A stretch of DNA of 64,000 nt from Podarcis bocagei (taxonomy: Eukaryota): the NCBI GenBank assembly GCA_964188305.1, contig OZ076892.1. The stretch is one strand, 5' to 3'. The notes beneath the pieces were generated by a model, which did no database searches, was not told the origin of the DNA, and worked only from the letters and a program-made list of their open reading frames with translations. This document shows, one piece after another, positions 40,356 to 49,424 of the stretch. Numbering within the stretch: position 1 is the stretch's first letter; each line of letters starts with the position of its first letter. A program made the position numbers and the translations under genes.

Positions 40356-40366
40356 AGTCCGACAGT
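40356..40366 (+). promoter_or_regulatory. Self-priming primer-binding site
   Basis: AGTCCGACAGT, 2 nt after the LTR, is the exact reverse complement of LTR 40225-40235 (ACTGTCGGACT). There is no TGG tRNA-type PBS. Confidence 0.8.
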
Positions 40367-40398
40367 CTTTGTACGCTGCCTGTGCAAGAGAAGGCATC

Positions 40399-41412
40399 AT
40401 GAGCGAACCAACCGGAACCGGAGGAGCAGGGGCTGGAGCTGGTCCAAGCTTGGAAGATAGATACCGAGCGTTGGAGGTTCAACTGGCCCTGCAGACGGCG
40501 AGGCTGGAGGAGAGAAGGGCTCAGGATGCAGACAAGAAGGGGAGAGCCACTCAATTCCCCAGAAAGGTACCAGGATTGGTGCAGAAATTTGGGGGGGACC
40601 CCAAGGACTACCATGCTTTTAGGACAGAGATGCAATATGCCCTTAATGTGCAGTTCGATGAGTTCCCTGATGAGGAATCGCGAGTTGCTTTTGTAATTGG
40701 GCATCTTGAGAAAGGGGCTAGAGACTGGGTGCGACCCCTAATGGCAACGCACAATGACATACTAAAGGACACAATGAAGTTCTTTCGTGCAATGGATATC
40801 ATGTTTTCCAGCGATATTGAGGAAGGGGTGGTGCGCAGACAGCTAATGGCTTGTAAGCAGGGGAGTCGATCTGTCCGTGAATATTGGACTGAGTTTACCA
40901 TGCTGATTCACAGACTGAGTTGGGATTTATCGGCGGCACCCGTTCAAATGCTATTTGAAGAAGGTCTTTCTTCGGGGGTGAAAGACGAGCTGGCACGGAG
41001 CCCCAGGGCGGAGTCTATGGATCAGCTGACCAAATCTGCGCTGACCATAGGAGCGCGGCAGGAGGCAAGAGCCTTGGAGAGGCGGGAAGGGAGAGGGGAA
41101 CGTTGGAAGGAGTTCCGCATTCCAGACATTCCTGAGCCAGCTTTCCCGCCGGCAGAGCCGATGGAAATCGGAACAGCGCGCGCGCGCGCATTTTCAAAAA
41201 CCAGCGAGGGAGCTAAGAAGGAGGGAAAGGGCCCCCGGAAATGCTATCTCTGCCAACAGCCAGGCCACTTTGCCAGAGTCTGCCCCCAGAGGAAGGAATG
41301 GCAAGGGATGGTGGGAGCTGTTGAGGGGGGAGAAGAAGGGGGAGCGGAGCAGGTAAAAGCCAACGCCTGGTTGCCACAATTGGGGCACTGCAGCCAGGCC
41401 AAAGAGCAGTGA
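40399..41412 (+). CDS. gag: Gag (337 aa; PEG10/sushi-like capsid and CCHC zinc knuckle)
   Basis: First ATG after the LTR is at 40399; KFGGDP..F, ESRVAFVIGHLEKGARDW, QGSRSVREY, EPMEIG, CYLCQQPGHFARVC. Confidence 0.95.
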   Translation: MSEPTGTGGAGAGAGPSLEDRYRALEVQLALQTARLEERRAQDADKKGRATQFPRKVPGLVQKFGGDPKDYHAFRTEMQYALNVQFDEFPDEESRVAFVIGHLEKGARDWVRPLMATHNDILKDTMKFFRAMDIMFSSDIEEGVVRRQLMACKQGSRSVREYWTEFTMLIHRLSWDLSAAPVQMLFEEGLSSGVKDELARSPRAESMDQLTKSALTIGARQEARALERREGRGERWKEFRIPDIPEPAFPPAEPMEIGTARARAFSKTSEGAKKEGKGPRKCYLCQQPGHFARVCPQRKEWQGMVGAVEGGEEGGAEQVKANAWLPQLGHCSQAKEQ

Positions 41413-41420
41413 AAGTGCCC
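41352..41420 (+). promoter_or_regulatory. Putative -1 ribosomal frameshift signal (G GTA AAA plus H-type pseudoknot)
   Basis: Pol is in the -1 frame and open from 41352. After a 6-nt spacer, stem 1 pairs 41365-41374 with 41390-41399 and stem 2 pairs 41383-41389 with 41414-41420. Confidence 0.7.
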
Positions 41421-44400
41421 GTGCCAGAAGCTCCTCGACCTGCTCTAGTGATTGAAGTGTCGCTAGAGCTGCAGAATGGGCACCCCCTAAAAATAAAGGC
41501 GCTATTGGACTCAGGCAGCTCCTGCAATTTTATGAGCAAGGAGTTTGCTGCTGAACACCAGATACAGACCATCCCTTTAAGCAACCCCCTGCAGGTGACC
41601 ACGATTGATGGCAGGGAGTTGTTGGGAGGAGGAGTCCGCTTGCAGACTGTCCCAATGATAATGAGGGTGGCAAGGCACACAGAACTGATAGCGTTTAATG
41701 TGGCCACCCTGGGAGGCGCTCCCATTATTTTGGGAATGAGCTGGCTAGCTCTACATGATCCGCTGGTTGGCTGGCATCAAAGAGTGGTGTCCTTTGGTTC
41801 AGCACATTGCCTAGAACACTGCAAAGGGGAGAAGGGTTCAGTAGGGGCCCAAGCCACCCTAGCAGGGACTGAAGTAATGGGGAAGGTGAAGGTACCACCA
41901 CAGTATGCAGATCTCAGCGACGTGTTCAGCGAGAAGGAAGCTGACCAACTACCACCTCATAGACCCTTTGATTGTCAGATCAATTTACTCCCTGGAGCAC
42001 AGCTTCCCGTGGGCAAGTTGTATGCCATGTCAGACAGGGAAATGCAGGAGTTGCGAGGGTTTATTGACAAGAACCTGAAGAGAGGCTTCATCAGAGAGTC
42101 CAAAGCAGCAGGGGGGAGCCCAGTGTTCTTTGTGGACAAAAAAAATGCGGACAAGCCGAGACTTGTATGTGATTTTAGGCGGCTGAATGCAGTGACTGAA
42201 CCGGTGGCGTTCCCTATGCCCAGAATTGATGATATTTTGACCATGGTGAGGAAGGGAAAGATTTTCACAAAGCTGGATCTAAGGGGGGCGTACAACCTGA
42301 TACGCATAAGGAAAGGGGATGAATGGAAAACCACCATGTTTACCCCTTTGGGGGCGTTTGAATACCTCGTTATGCCATTTGGATTACAAGCAGGCTCCGC
42401 GTGTTTTCAATCTTTTATGAACCACGTGCTGGGCCCTTTGCTCTACAAGAATTGCGTTGCCTTTCTAGATGATGTGTTGGTGTATTCTGAGAATGAGGAG
42501 CAACATGTGAGAGACGTCAGAGAAGTGTTGAGCAGACTGCAAGCCAACAGGCTGTGGGTCAAACTGGAGAAGTGTCGGTTCCATACCAAGGAGGTGGAAT
42601 TCCTGGGGTACCGCCTGTCAGACAAGGGATTGGCCATGGATCCCGGCAAGGTACAGGCAGTGCTGGAATGGAAAACACCCAAAACCAAGAAGGATGTGCA
42701 GAGGTTCCTAGGGTTTGGAAACTTTTATCGTAAGTTCATCCGCAACTTCGCCCATCTGACGGCGCCCATCACTGACTGTCTCAGCAGTAAGAAGAAGTTT
42801 GTATGGACGGCGGAGGCGGGGCGAGCGTTTGAGGAACTGAAAAGGGCCTTCGCCTCTGAAGAACAACTTCTGCATGTGGATTTACGAAAGAAGCTAAGGG
42901 TTGAAACAGACGCATCTGACAGAGCCATAGGGGCGGTGCTTCTTCTGCAGCCGGGGAAGGAGGAGTCGGAGTGGCGTCCGTGTGCCTTCTTCTCGCGGAA
43001 GCTGAACAAATCCGAGAGGAACTACACGGTGTACGACCGAGAACTGCTTGCTATTCATGAGGCGTTCCGGAGATGGAGGCATCTGCTAGTTGGTGCACAA
43101 CATAAAGTGCAAGTGTGCACGGACCATAAAAATCTAGAGTACTGGAGAACGGCGCGAGTGCTCAACCAAAGGCAGTTGAGATGGGCCCAAGAGTTCTCCA
43201 AATTTAACTTTGAGATTTGTTATGTGCCAGGCCCAGAGAATGTTAGGGCGGACGCTCTCTCACGCAAGCCTGAATATTTGGAGGGGGAGGGAGCACCCGA
43301 AGAAACCCATATCATTCCAGAGGACCGCTGGGTGTGTGGGGCGACTTTGGTGGGGCAAAGGGAATTGGTAGAGGGTACGGTGCAGGATGCATACGCCCAG
43401 GGGAAACTCAGGGATCTCAGAGGGGAGGAAGACAAACCCGGTGGTTTTGAGGAGAGAAATGGGGCATTGTATTATAAGGGAGCGTTATATATACCTGAAG
43501 GGGAATTGAGGGAGAAAGTACTCAAGCAGCTGCACGATAGCCCCACAGCAGGGCACTTTGGGCAACACAAAACCATGTGGCTGGTTACCAGGGAATTTTG
43601 GTGGCCCAAGGTCAGGGAAGATGTGCGGGAGTATGTGAGAGGGTGTGAACAATGCCAAAGAGCCAAGGGGGAGAGGCAGGCGCCGGCTGGTTTATTAGAA
43701 CCACTGCCCACACCTGAGAGACCGTGGGAAGCAGTGGCAATAGATTTCATGACTGATCTGCCAAGGTCTAGAGGGAAAACAGCCATCATGGTTGTAGTAG
43801 ACCTGTTAACTAAAATGGCCCACTTCATAGCCTGCTCACATGCGGTTACAGCAGAAGAAACCGCCAAATTGTTTGTAGAGAATGTGTTTAGGTTGCATGG
43901 CGCCCCCTTGAGGGTGGTTTCAGACCGAGGGAAACAATTTACTTCCAGGTTCTGGAGGAAGCTCATGAGCTTACTGCATGTAGAGGTTAATTTCTCGACG
44001 GCCCGTCATCCTGAAACCAACGGGCAGGCGGAAAGAGCAAATGGGGTTCTCCAACAATATTTGAGGTGTTATGTTAATGACAGAGAGAATGATTGGGTGG
44101 AGAAGCTGGCGTTGGCAGAATTTGCCTACAACAATGCAGAGAACGTGTCCACGGGGATGAGCCCCTTTTTGGCTAATCACGGGTGCCATCCCAGAGCCTT
44201 CCCAGGGGGGGAGGGGGAGAACTGGAGCGTTCCAGCTGCAGAACAGTTCGTGGAAGAAATGGAAGCGATCCATCGCCAGCTCCAACTCAACTTAAACAGG
44301 GCTAAGGAGGAATATAAGAGGCAAGCAGACAAAAACAGAAGGGAAGGTGAAAGCATCAGGGTGGGGGACCAGGTGTGGCTGTCAACCCAAGGGTTGCCAT

Positions 44401-45311
44401 TCAAAGGAGGTTGTAAGAAATTAAGACCCAAAAGGCTGGGTCCGTTTGAAGTCATACAGCAGGTCAATCCAGTGGCTTTCAGGCTCCGGTTACCGAACCA
44501 CATGAAGCTGCACCCAGTTTTTCACAGGTCGTTGCTGTCACCGTATAGAGGAGACAGTGAGGGGAGGGTCACTAGGGGACCAGCAATGGAGGAGAAGGAA
44601 CACAGCTACCATGTAGCGGAGATCCTCGATTCCAGGTGGAAGGGAGATCAAGTAGAGTATTTGGTAATGTGGGAAGGGGAACCGGAGTCGGAAAACACCT
44701 GGGTTAGGGCAGAGGATGTCAATGACGAGGTTTTAATAGAGACTTTTCATCAGAGGTTCCCACGTAAACCTCAGCCTGTAGCGAGGTTCCGAAGGGAATA
44801 CTTTGCCACCACCGACGAGGAAGAGGAGTTGGAGGGGTTCCCAGATTCTGAAGAGGAGGAGGATTCAGCTGGCCAGGACGACGATCGATGGAGAGAATTG
44901 TTCGAGACGTCAGAAGATGAGGAAGATTCGTTTCGGGGTTTTAGCCCTTCACCTCCAAGGGGGGAGGAATTGGGAGGGGGTGAGGGGGGCCCTGGAGGGG
45001 AGGTGGATGTCAGGGAACTGCCATCAGAGCATCAGGTGGTGGAGGGACTCAGGCAGGATGAAAGAGACTCAACTGCTGAAGCAGGGACCAGCAGGGGGAG
45101 GAGTGGGTCTCTGAGGGAATGCGAGCAGGAGGGAGGGCTCAGGGAGGCTTCCAGCGAGAACAGTGGGGAGGTATCGGAGTCTCCCATAGGGAGACCCATA
45201 CCTCGCAGGAAACTGTCACGCCGTGAGTCCAGGAGACGCGTTTCCGTTAAGGAACTTCTTTGTTGGAAACGCTTCCGCAGACAGCCACTGTCGGACTCTA
45301 CTAGTGACTAG
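41352..45311 (+). CDS. pol: Pol polyprotein: protease, RT, RNase H, integrase, chromodomain and long C-terminal tail (probably made as Gag-Pol by frameshift)
   Basis: LLDSGS (protease); MPFGL and FLDDVLV (RT); ETDASD (RNase H); H..H..CEQC, IDF, SDRG and GQAER (integrase); LGPFEV (GPY/F); YHVAEILDSR..YLVMWEG..ENTW (chromodomain). Confidence 0.97.
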   Translation, partial: GKSQRLVATIGALQPGQRAVKVPVPEAPRPALVIEVSLELQNGHPLKIKALLDSGSSCNFMSKEFAAEHQIQTIPLSNPLQVTTIDGRELLGGGVRLQTVPMIMRVARHTELIAFNVATLGGAPIILGMSWLALHDPLVGWHQRVVSFGSAHCLEHCKGEKGSVGAQATLAGTEVMGKVKVPPQYADLSDVFSEKEADQLPPHRPFDCQINLLPGAQLPVGKLYAMSDREMQELRGFIDKNLKRGFIRESKAAGGSPVFFVDKKNADKPRLVCDFRRLNAVTEPVAFPMPRIDDILTMVRKGKIFTKLDLRGAYNLIRIRKGDEWKTTMFTPLGAFEYLVMPFGLQAGSACFQSFMNHVLGPLLYKNCVAFLDDVLVYSENEEQHVRDVREVLSRLQANRLWVKLEKCRFHTKEVEFLGYRLSDKGLAMDPGKVQAVLEWKTPKTKKDVQRFLGFGNFYRKFIRNFAHLTAPITDCLSSKKKFVWTAEAGRAFEELKRAFASEEQLLHVDLRKKLRVETDASDRAIGAVLLLQPGKEESEWRPCAFFSRKLNKSERNYTVYDRELLAIHEAFRRWRHLLVGAQHKVQVCTDHKNLEYWRTARVLNQRQLRWAQEFSKFNFEICYVPGPENVRADALSRKPEYLEGEGAPEETHIIPEDRWVCGATLVGQRELVEGTVQDAYAQGKLRDLRGEEDKPGGFEERNGALYYKGALYIPEGELREKVLKQLHDSPTAGHFGQHKTMWLVTREFWWPKVREDVREYVRGCEQCQRAKGERQAPAGLLEPLPTPERPWEAVAIDFMTDLPRSRGKTAIMVVVDLLTKMAHFIACSHAVTAEETAKLFVENVFRLHGAPLRVVSDRGKQFTSRFWRKLMSLLHVEVNFSTARHPETNGQAERANGVLQQYLRCYVNDRENDWVEKLALAEFAYNNAENVSTGMSPFLANHGCHPRAFPGGEGENWSVPAAEQFVEEMEAIHRQLQLNLNRAKEEYKRQADKNRREGESIRVGDQVWLSTQGLPFKGGCKKLRPKRLGPFEVIQQVNPVAFRLRLPNHMKLHPVFHRSLLSPYRGDSEGRVTRGPAMEEKEHSYHVAEILDSRWKGDQVEYLVMWEGEPESENTWVRAEDVNDEVLIETFHQRFPRKPQPVARFRREYFATTDEEEELEGFPDSEEEEDSAGQDDDRWRELFETSEDEEDSFRGFSPSPPRGEELGGGEGGPGGEVDVRELPSEHQVVEGLRQDERDSTAEAGTSRGRSGSLRECEQEGGLREASSENSGEVSESPIGRPIPRRKLSRRESRRRVSVKELLCWKRFRRQPLSDSTSD
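44994..45007 (+). other. Polypurine tract
   Basis: GGAGGGGAGGTGGA immediately before the 3' LTR. Confidence 0.75.
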
Positions 45312-45415
45312 AGCAGACATGTCTGAGGAGCTCCGTCACACACGGAGGTTTGTGGGGGCGCACAAACTCTGAGGGAGCACGTTTTCACGCACAAGCAGCT
45401 AATCAAACCCTCACA
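45008..45415 (+). repeat. 3' LTR (first 304 nt overlap pol)
   Basis: Direct repeat of 39946-40353. Confidence 0.97.
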
Positions 45416-46535
45416 GAAGGTGTTCAATCTCTTCTTCTTCTTCTTTTGAATACCAAGCTGAATACATTACTATAAATGTGGTGAGTTAAGACACTCAACT
45501 GCTTTAGTCAGTCTGCCTGTGCTCAATGTTCCAGGACGTAAAAGCTAATATTTTTTAGGGAAACTAAATCTCCAAGCCAGTAGCATACTAAAAAAAGCCC
45601 AATCTCCCATAAATGTTACCCTTCCTCTGAACTTCCTTCATTTTCCATACTGGATTCCACTTCTATATCTATTTGTTCTGAATAGGCAACAAAATCCCTC
45701 TCTGGAACAGACAATACTGATACACCTTGCCAGATCTAGCAGTTCGTAATGTATGTATTATTGAAATATTGTCCTCCAAGTCTGAAATCATGAACAGAAT
45801 TAGTTGCATCCAGAGAGGTTCTTTCTTCCAGGGACTTAAAGCAGCTCACTGCTGCTAAAAATACTTTTCTTCCATACATATAGTTTCAAACAAAGTATAT
45901 AGTGTAAATGTAATACCATGAAGGAATCGGTTCTTCCTATATCCTTCCAGTGAACAAACATGGCAAATTTCAACTTTTCATAAATCATGTATGTTAAGTG
46001 TAAAGCCAACCCCTACCATATAATTCTGCAGTCTTTGCACATAATGTATTTGGCAAGGGGGTGCCCAAGCTCCTTTAGGTTGTGTAAAAAGCCGTTGCTG
46101 TTGTTGGTGTTGTTGTTGTTTCTAGCAATGTTAAAATGTTAAAAAATAGTGACATAACACAACAATATATAGAATCATTGAAGACATTGTACATCTTCTA
46201 TATCTACATTCTGGAAAGCTGTTTGCCTGTTTGCTATGTATTTAGACAACTCTTTAAAGTATTATAACCACATTCTGTATTATGCATCCTGAGATCAAGG
46301 AGCAGGGTTTCTTGCTTATATTTCAATACAATTGGATGCCAGTTTGAATGAAGATAGTGGACCAAACTTTTAAAAACTGCCCCAATTTTAACCACTGATT
46401 TCAAAACTGCACTGTTTGTTTTGGATTTTTAGAATTCTTGAGCAGTAGTGGGTACAGGGCTATTAACAATAGACCACAAGGATAAAAAAGCACAAAACGA
46501 CATGGTTGTGTGAGGTGTATATATATATATATATA

Positions 46536-46784
46536 TGCTTTCGTAGATTTTCACGGGTACAGGAATGCAGGTTTTGGTGTCTTCGGGTGTCTTCCCGTGT
46601 AAGAGTTGGGGTGTCTAGGCGACGTTTCGACGAGGTCTCACTCGTCATCTTCAGGCTGGTGCTTTCGGCTTCTTGTTCTTGGCTCTGTTCCAGTAACAAG
46701 AAGCCGAAAGCACCAGCCTGAAGATGACGAGTGAGACCTCGTCGAAACGTCGCCTAGACACCCCAACTCTTACACGGGAAGACA
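46536..46784. mobile_element. Penelope-like element terminus as a 90-bp perfect inverted repeat with hammerhead cores
   Basis: Arms 46588-46677 / 46695-46784; CTGAAGA-T-GACGAG(TGAGAC)CTCGTC-GAAA-CG-TC at 46718-46751 and its mirror; abuts (TA)n on the left. Confidence 0.72.
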
Positions 46785-46933
46785 NNNNNNNNNNNNNNNN
46801 NNNNNNNNNNNNNNNNNNNNNNNNNNNNNNNNNNNNNNNNNNNNNNNNNNNNNNNNNNNNNNNNNNNNNNNNNNNNNNNNNNNNNNNNNNNNNNNNNNNN
46901 NNNNNNNNNNNNNNNNNNNNNNNNNNNNNNNNN
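46785..46933. other. Assembly gap (149 N)
   Basis: N run. Confidence 0.99.
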
Positions 46934-49271
46934 AGCTAAACTGTAATCTCAGTGACTCACATGTGCCCCTCTCATTTTGTGTGGTGGAGAACTAATTTAA
47001 GCAAACCAGAGTTCTCTGTTACAACTGAATATGAGAAAATCTAGTTACAGTAGTTTGAACCAGGTTGGGGAAGCTGTGGAAAGAGAGAGGAAATGTGTAC
47101 TGAAAAAGCATTAGAGTGGGAAAAGTATGAATAGTTATGACAATTACAAAAAGGGCAGGATTTATGGCTCATGAAAATGTTTTTATTGCTATTGAGATGT
47201 TTCATAGGAAGTGATTCCTAAATGGAATGAAATTTATGGAAAGAAATCATATTATAGCTACTTCTGAGGCAAAAAATCAAACCAAGTACCGGTAATTCAT
47301 AGGCCTCCCAGTGGTCAATTGCTGGTCCACTTAAACATTGCTTCAATGATGCTTCATCATCAGGTCTTCCTCAACTATTTATTGGTATATTCTCTACACC
47401 GGAAAGCTGCTTTTTAAAAAAATTAATATTGGGAGATCACTGGTGATTGCTTCATTCTGTATTTTACTCTGCTAGTCACACTTTTTAAAAAAGAGAAACA
47501 ATTCCAATTTCTCTCTCATCTTCTCTCATAATTGGGACATGGGAATATTAAAGACTAACTACCTTTGCAACAAATGATAAGGAGCAAGAAAAGAAAATCA
47601 GGACGTCAGCATGTAAGTTAAAAACTCAGCCGCAAGGCTCAAGATCAGTTGCAAAACTGAAATTTGCCCCAATTAAATAGTTTAAAAGAAAGAGTTTGCT
47701 TTGATATCACAAAGTGTTTTGTACACTCGGAAACTAAACATCTAACAGCAGGTTCTATGCGCCAGCAAATATGAGTACTCTTTGGCCTACTGCCCTAGCA
47801 ATAGCAAGTGAAACGAAACAGGCTGGGGAGATTAGAAAATACAGGGCTGGGAAACCTCAGGACTAAGGGACAAATGTGGCCTCTCAGGCTTCTCTTGAGT
47901 CCTTGTGCCTCTTTCTGGGCCTTGCCCCATCCTCAAGCCACACACATCACAGGGCCTGCTTCCTGCCCTCCTTGGCTGAGATGTGAACAGTGATAATGCC
48001 TACTGTTTGCCTGCATTGAATGATGTGTGTGTAGTTCTGTGTGCCTCTGACATTTGGGCCCCGCACCACACGAAAGAGCTCTGCCAGACAGCATGGTGAG
48101 GATGCAATGGAGGCAGCAAAGTAGTCCCTTTTTCCTGTCTCCACTGCCACTAGGTAGTCTCAACAAAGAGCTCTCACCAGTGTTCGGTTGCATTCAGCCA
48201 GATCTTTCCTCCACCTGCATTTGAGCCATCTCCCAACTTGTTGGAATGGAAAACAATGGCGCTGCCTGAGACGAATAGAGGGTGGAATGGAACAGGATGC
48301 CATCTCACATTCCAAGGTACAGCAGGGACGAATGAGAGGTGGAAGAGAGAAACTGAGTGATAGGTAGTGGGCAAAAAGGGAGGGAATTATGTAGCATGAA
48401 CTATGCTGGGGAGACCGCAACATTTTGTTGTTAATACCATATATGAAACGGATGGCTTAAGGGAGACTTTCAGATTGACCTGACTCACAGTTAATTAGAA
48501 ATATACCTCCATTGTGCTCACCGGAATTTACTCCCAAATTAGTATGCCTAGGATTCTATCAGTGAAGATTCTGCCCCATCCATCCCTAAAATATAAAAGG
48601 AAATAGAGTAATAAGCAAAAAAGTGCCAGTTTTTTTCCTATTGGTACTGCCCACTGTTTGAGAGTCAGGGAATCCGGTCATTTAGGAGGCAAGAAAAATA
48701 ACAAACTGTTTTCCTTCCTTCTCCACAGAAAGAAATTAATCCAACCCTGTGTTCAAAAAGGCAAAGGAATTAAAAAAAACCCCAAGCATTTTTGTCACCT
48801 AGCCAAATAAAATAGGAACTCTTGATAAATTCCCATTATGTCCTTGTACCTTTCTAATCAAGCACTTCAACTATTCTTGGCTCCTGTTGATGCAATTAAC
48901 TTCTGCTTCAATAACTTGCATTGCACCATGAAAAAGAAATGCATTTCTCGTTCTTTATTACGGGTGTTAATATCACAGTATGGTTAAACCTGCTATACAA
49001 CCGCTACAATCAAAATTAGATGGCTGTTCATTAAGCTGAAATGAATTACATTATTTCAGATATGCTGTACATCTCTTGGGAATGTCTCGTATTGAAATGA
49101 TCTTTGGGAGAAAATTGAAGAGCGATTGCATACTATAGGGCAAAGACATAATCTGTATGGCTCTTAGGGGGGGGGGGGAAATCTTCCACAGGTAGGTTCT
49201 GCTCATGCACCACATGAGACCGGGTGTTAAATTATGGTTGTCTCTTTTGAAAGTAAAAACATACAAATAAC

Positions 49272-49424
49272 CAGTGCTTCTTTTTTTGGGGGGGGGAATG
49301 TTTAGGGGTACTCTTGATTTTCCTACTCATATTGAAATACTGCCCCTCAATGAGGCCACACTTAGAGTCACAAAATGTTTAGGGGTATGCGTACCCCTGC
49401 ATCCCCCCAGAAAATAAAGCACTG
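49272..49424. mobile_element. hAT MITE with perfect 8-bp TSD
   Basis: CAGTGCTT..AAGCACTG flanked by CAAATAAC on both sides. Confidence 0.88.

Larger units (their letters stand above)
39946..45415 (+). mobile_element. Full-length Ty3/Gypsy LTR retrotransposon (chromovirus, Tf1/sushi group)
   Basis: Two 408-bp TG..CA LTRs, 5-bp TSD GAAGG (39941-39945 / 45416-45420), intact gag, and pol in the order PR-RT-RH-IN-chromodomain. Confidence 0.98.

Noticed and set aside
40288-40398. N-terminal extension of Gag in the ORF track
   Set aside because: It starts at a TTG inside the LTR; the first ATG at 40399 is the plausible start.
40246-44503. Minus-strand ORFs within the Gypsy element
   Set aside because: Antisense shadows of gag/pol with no recognisable domains.
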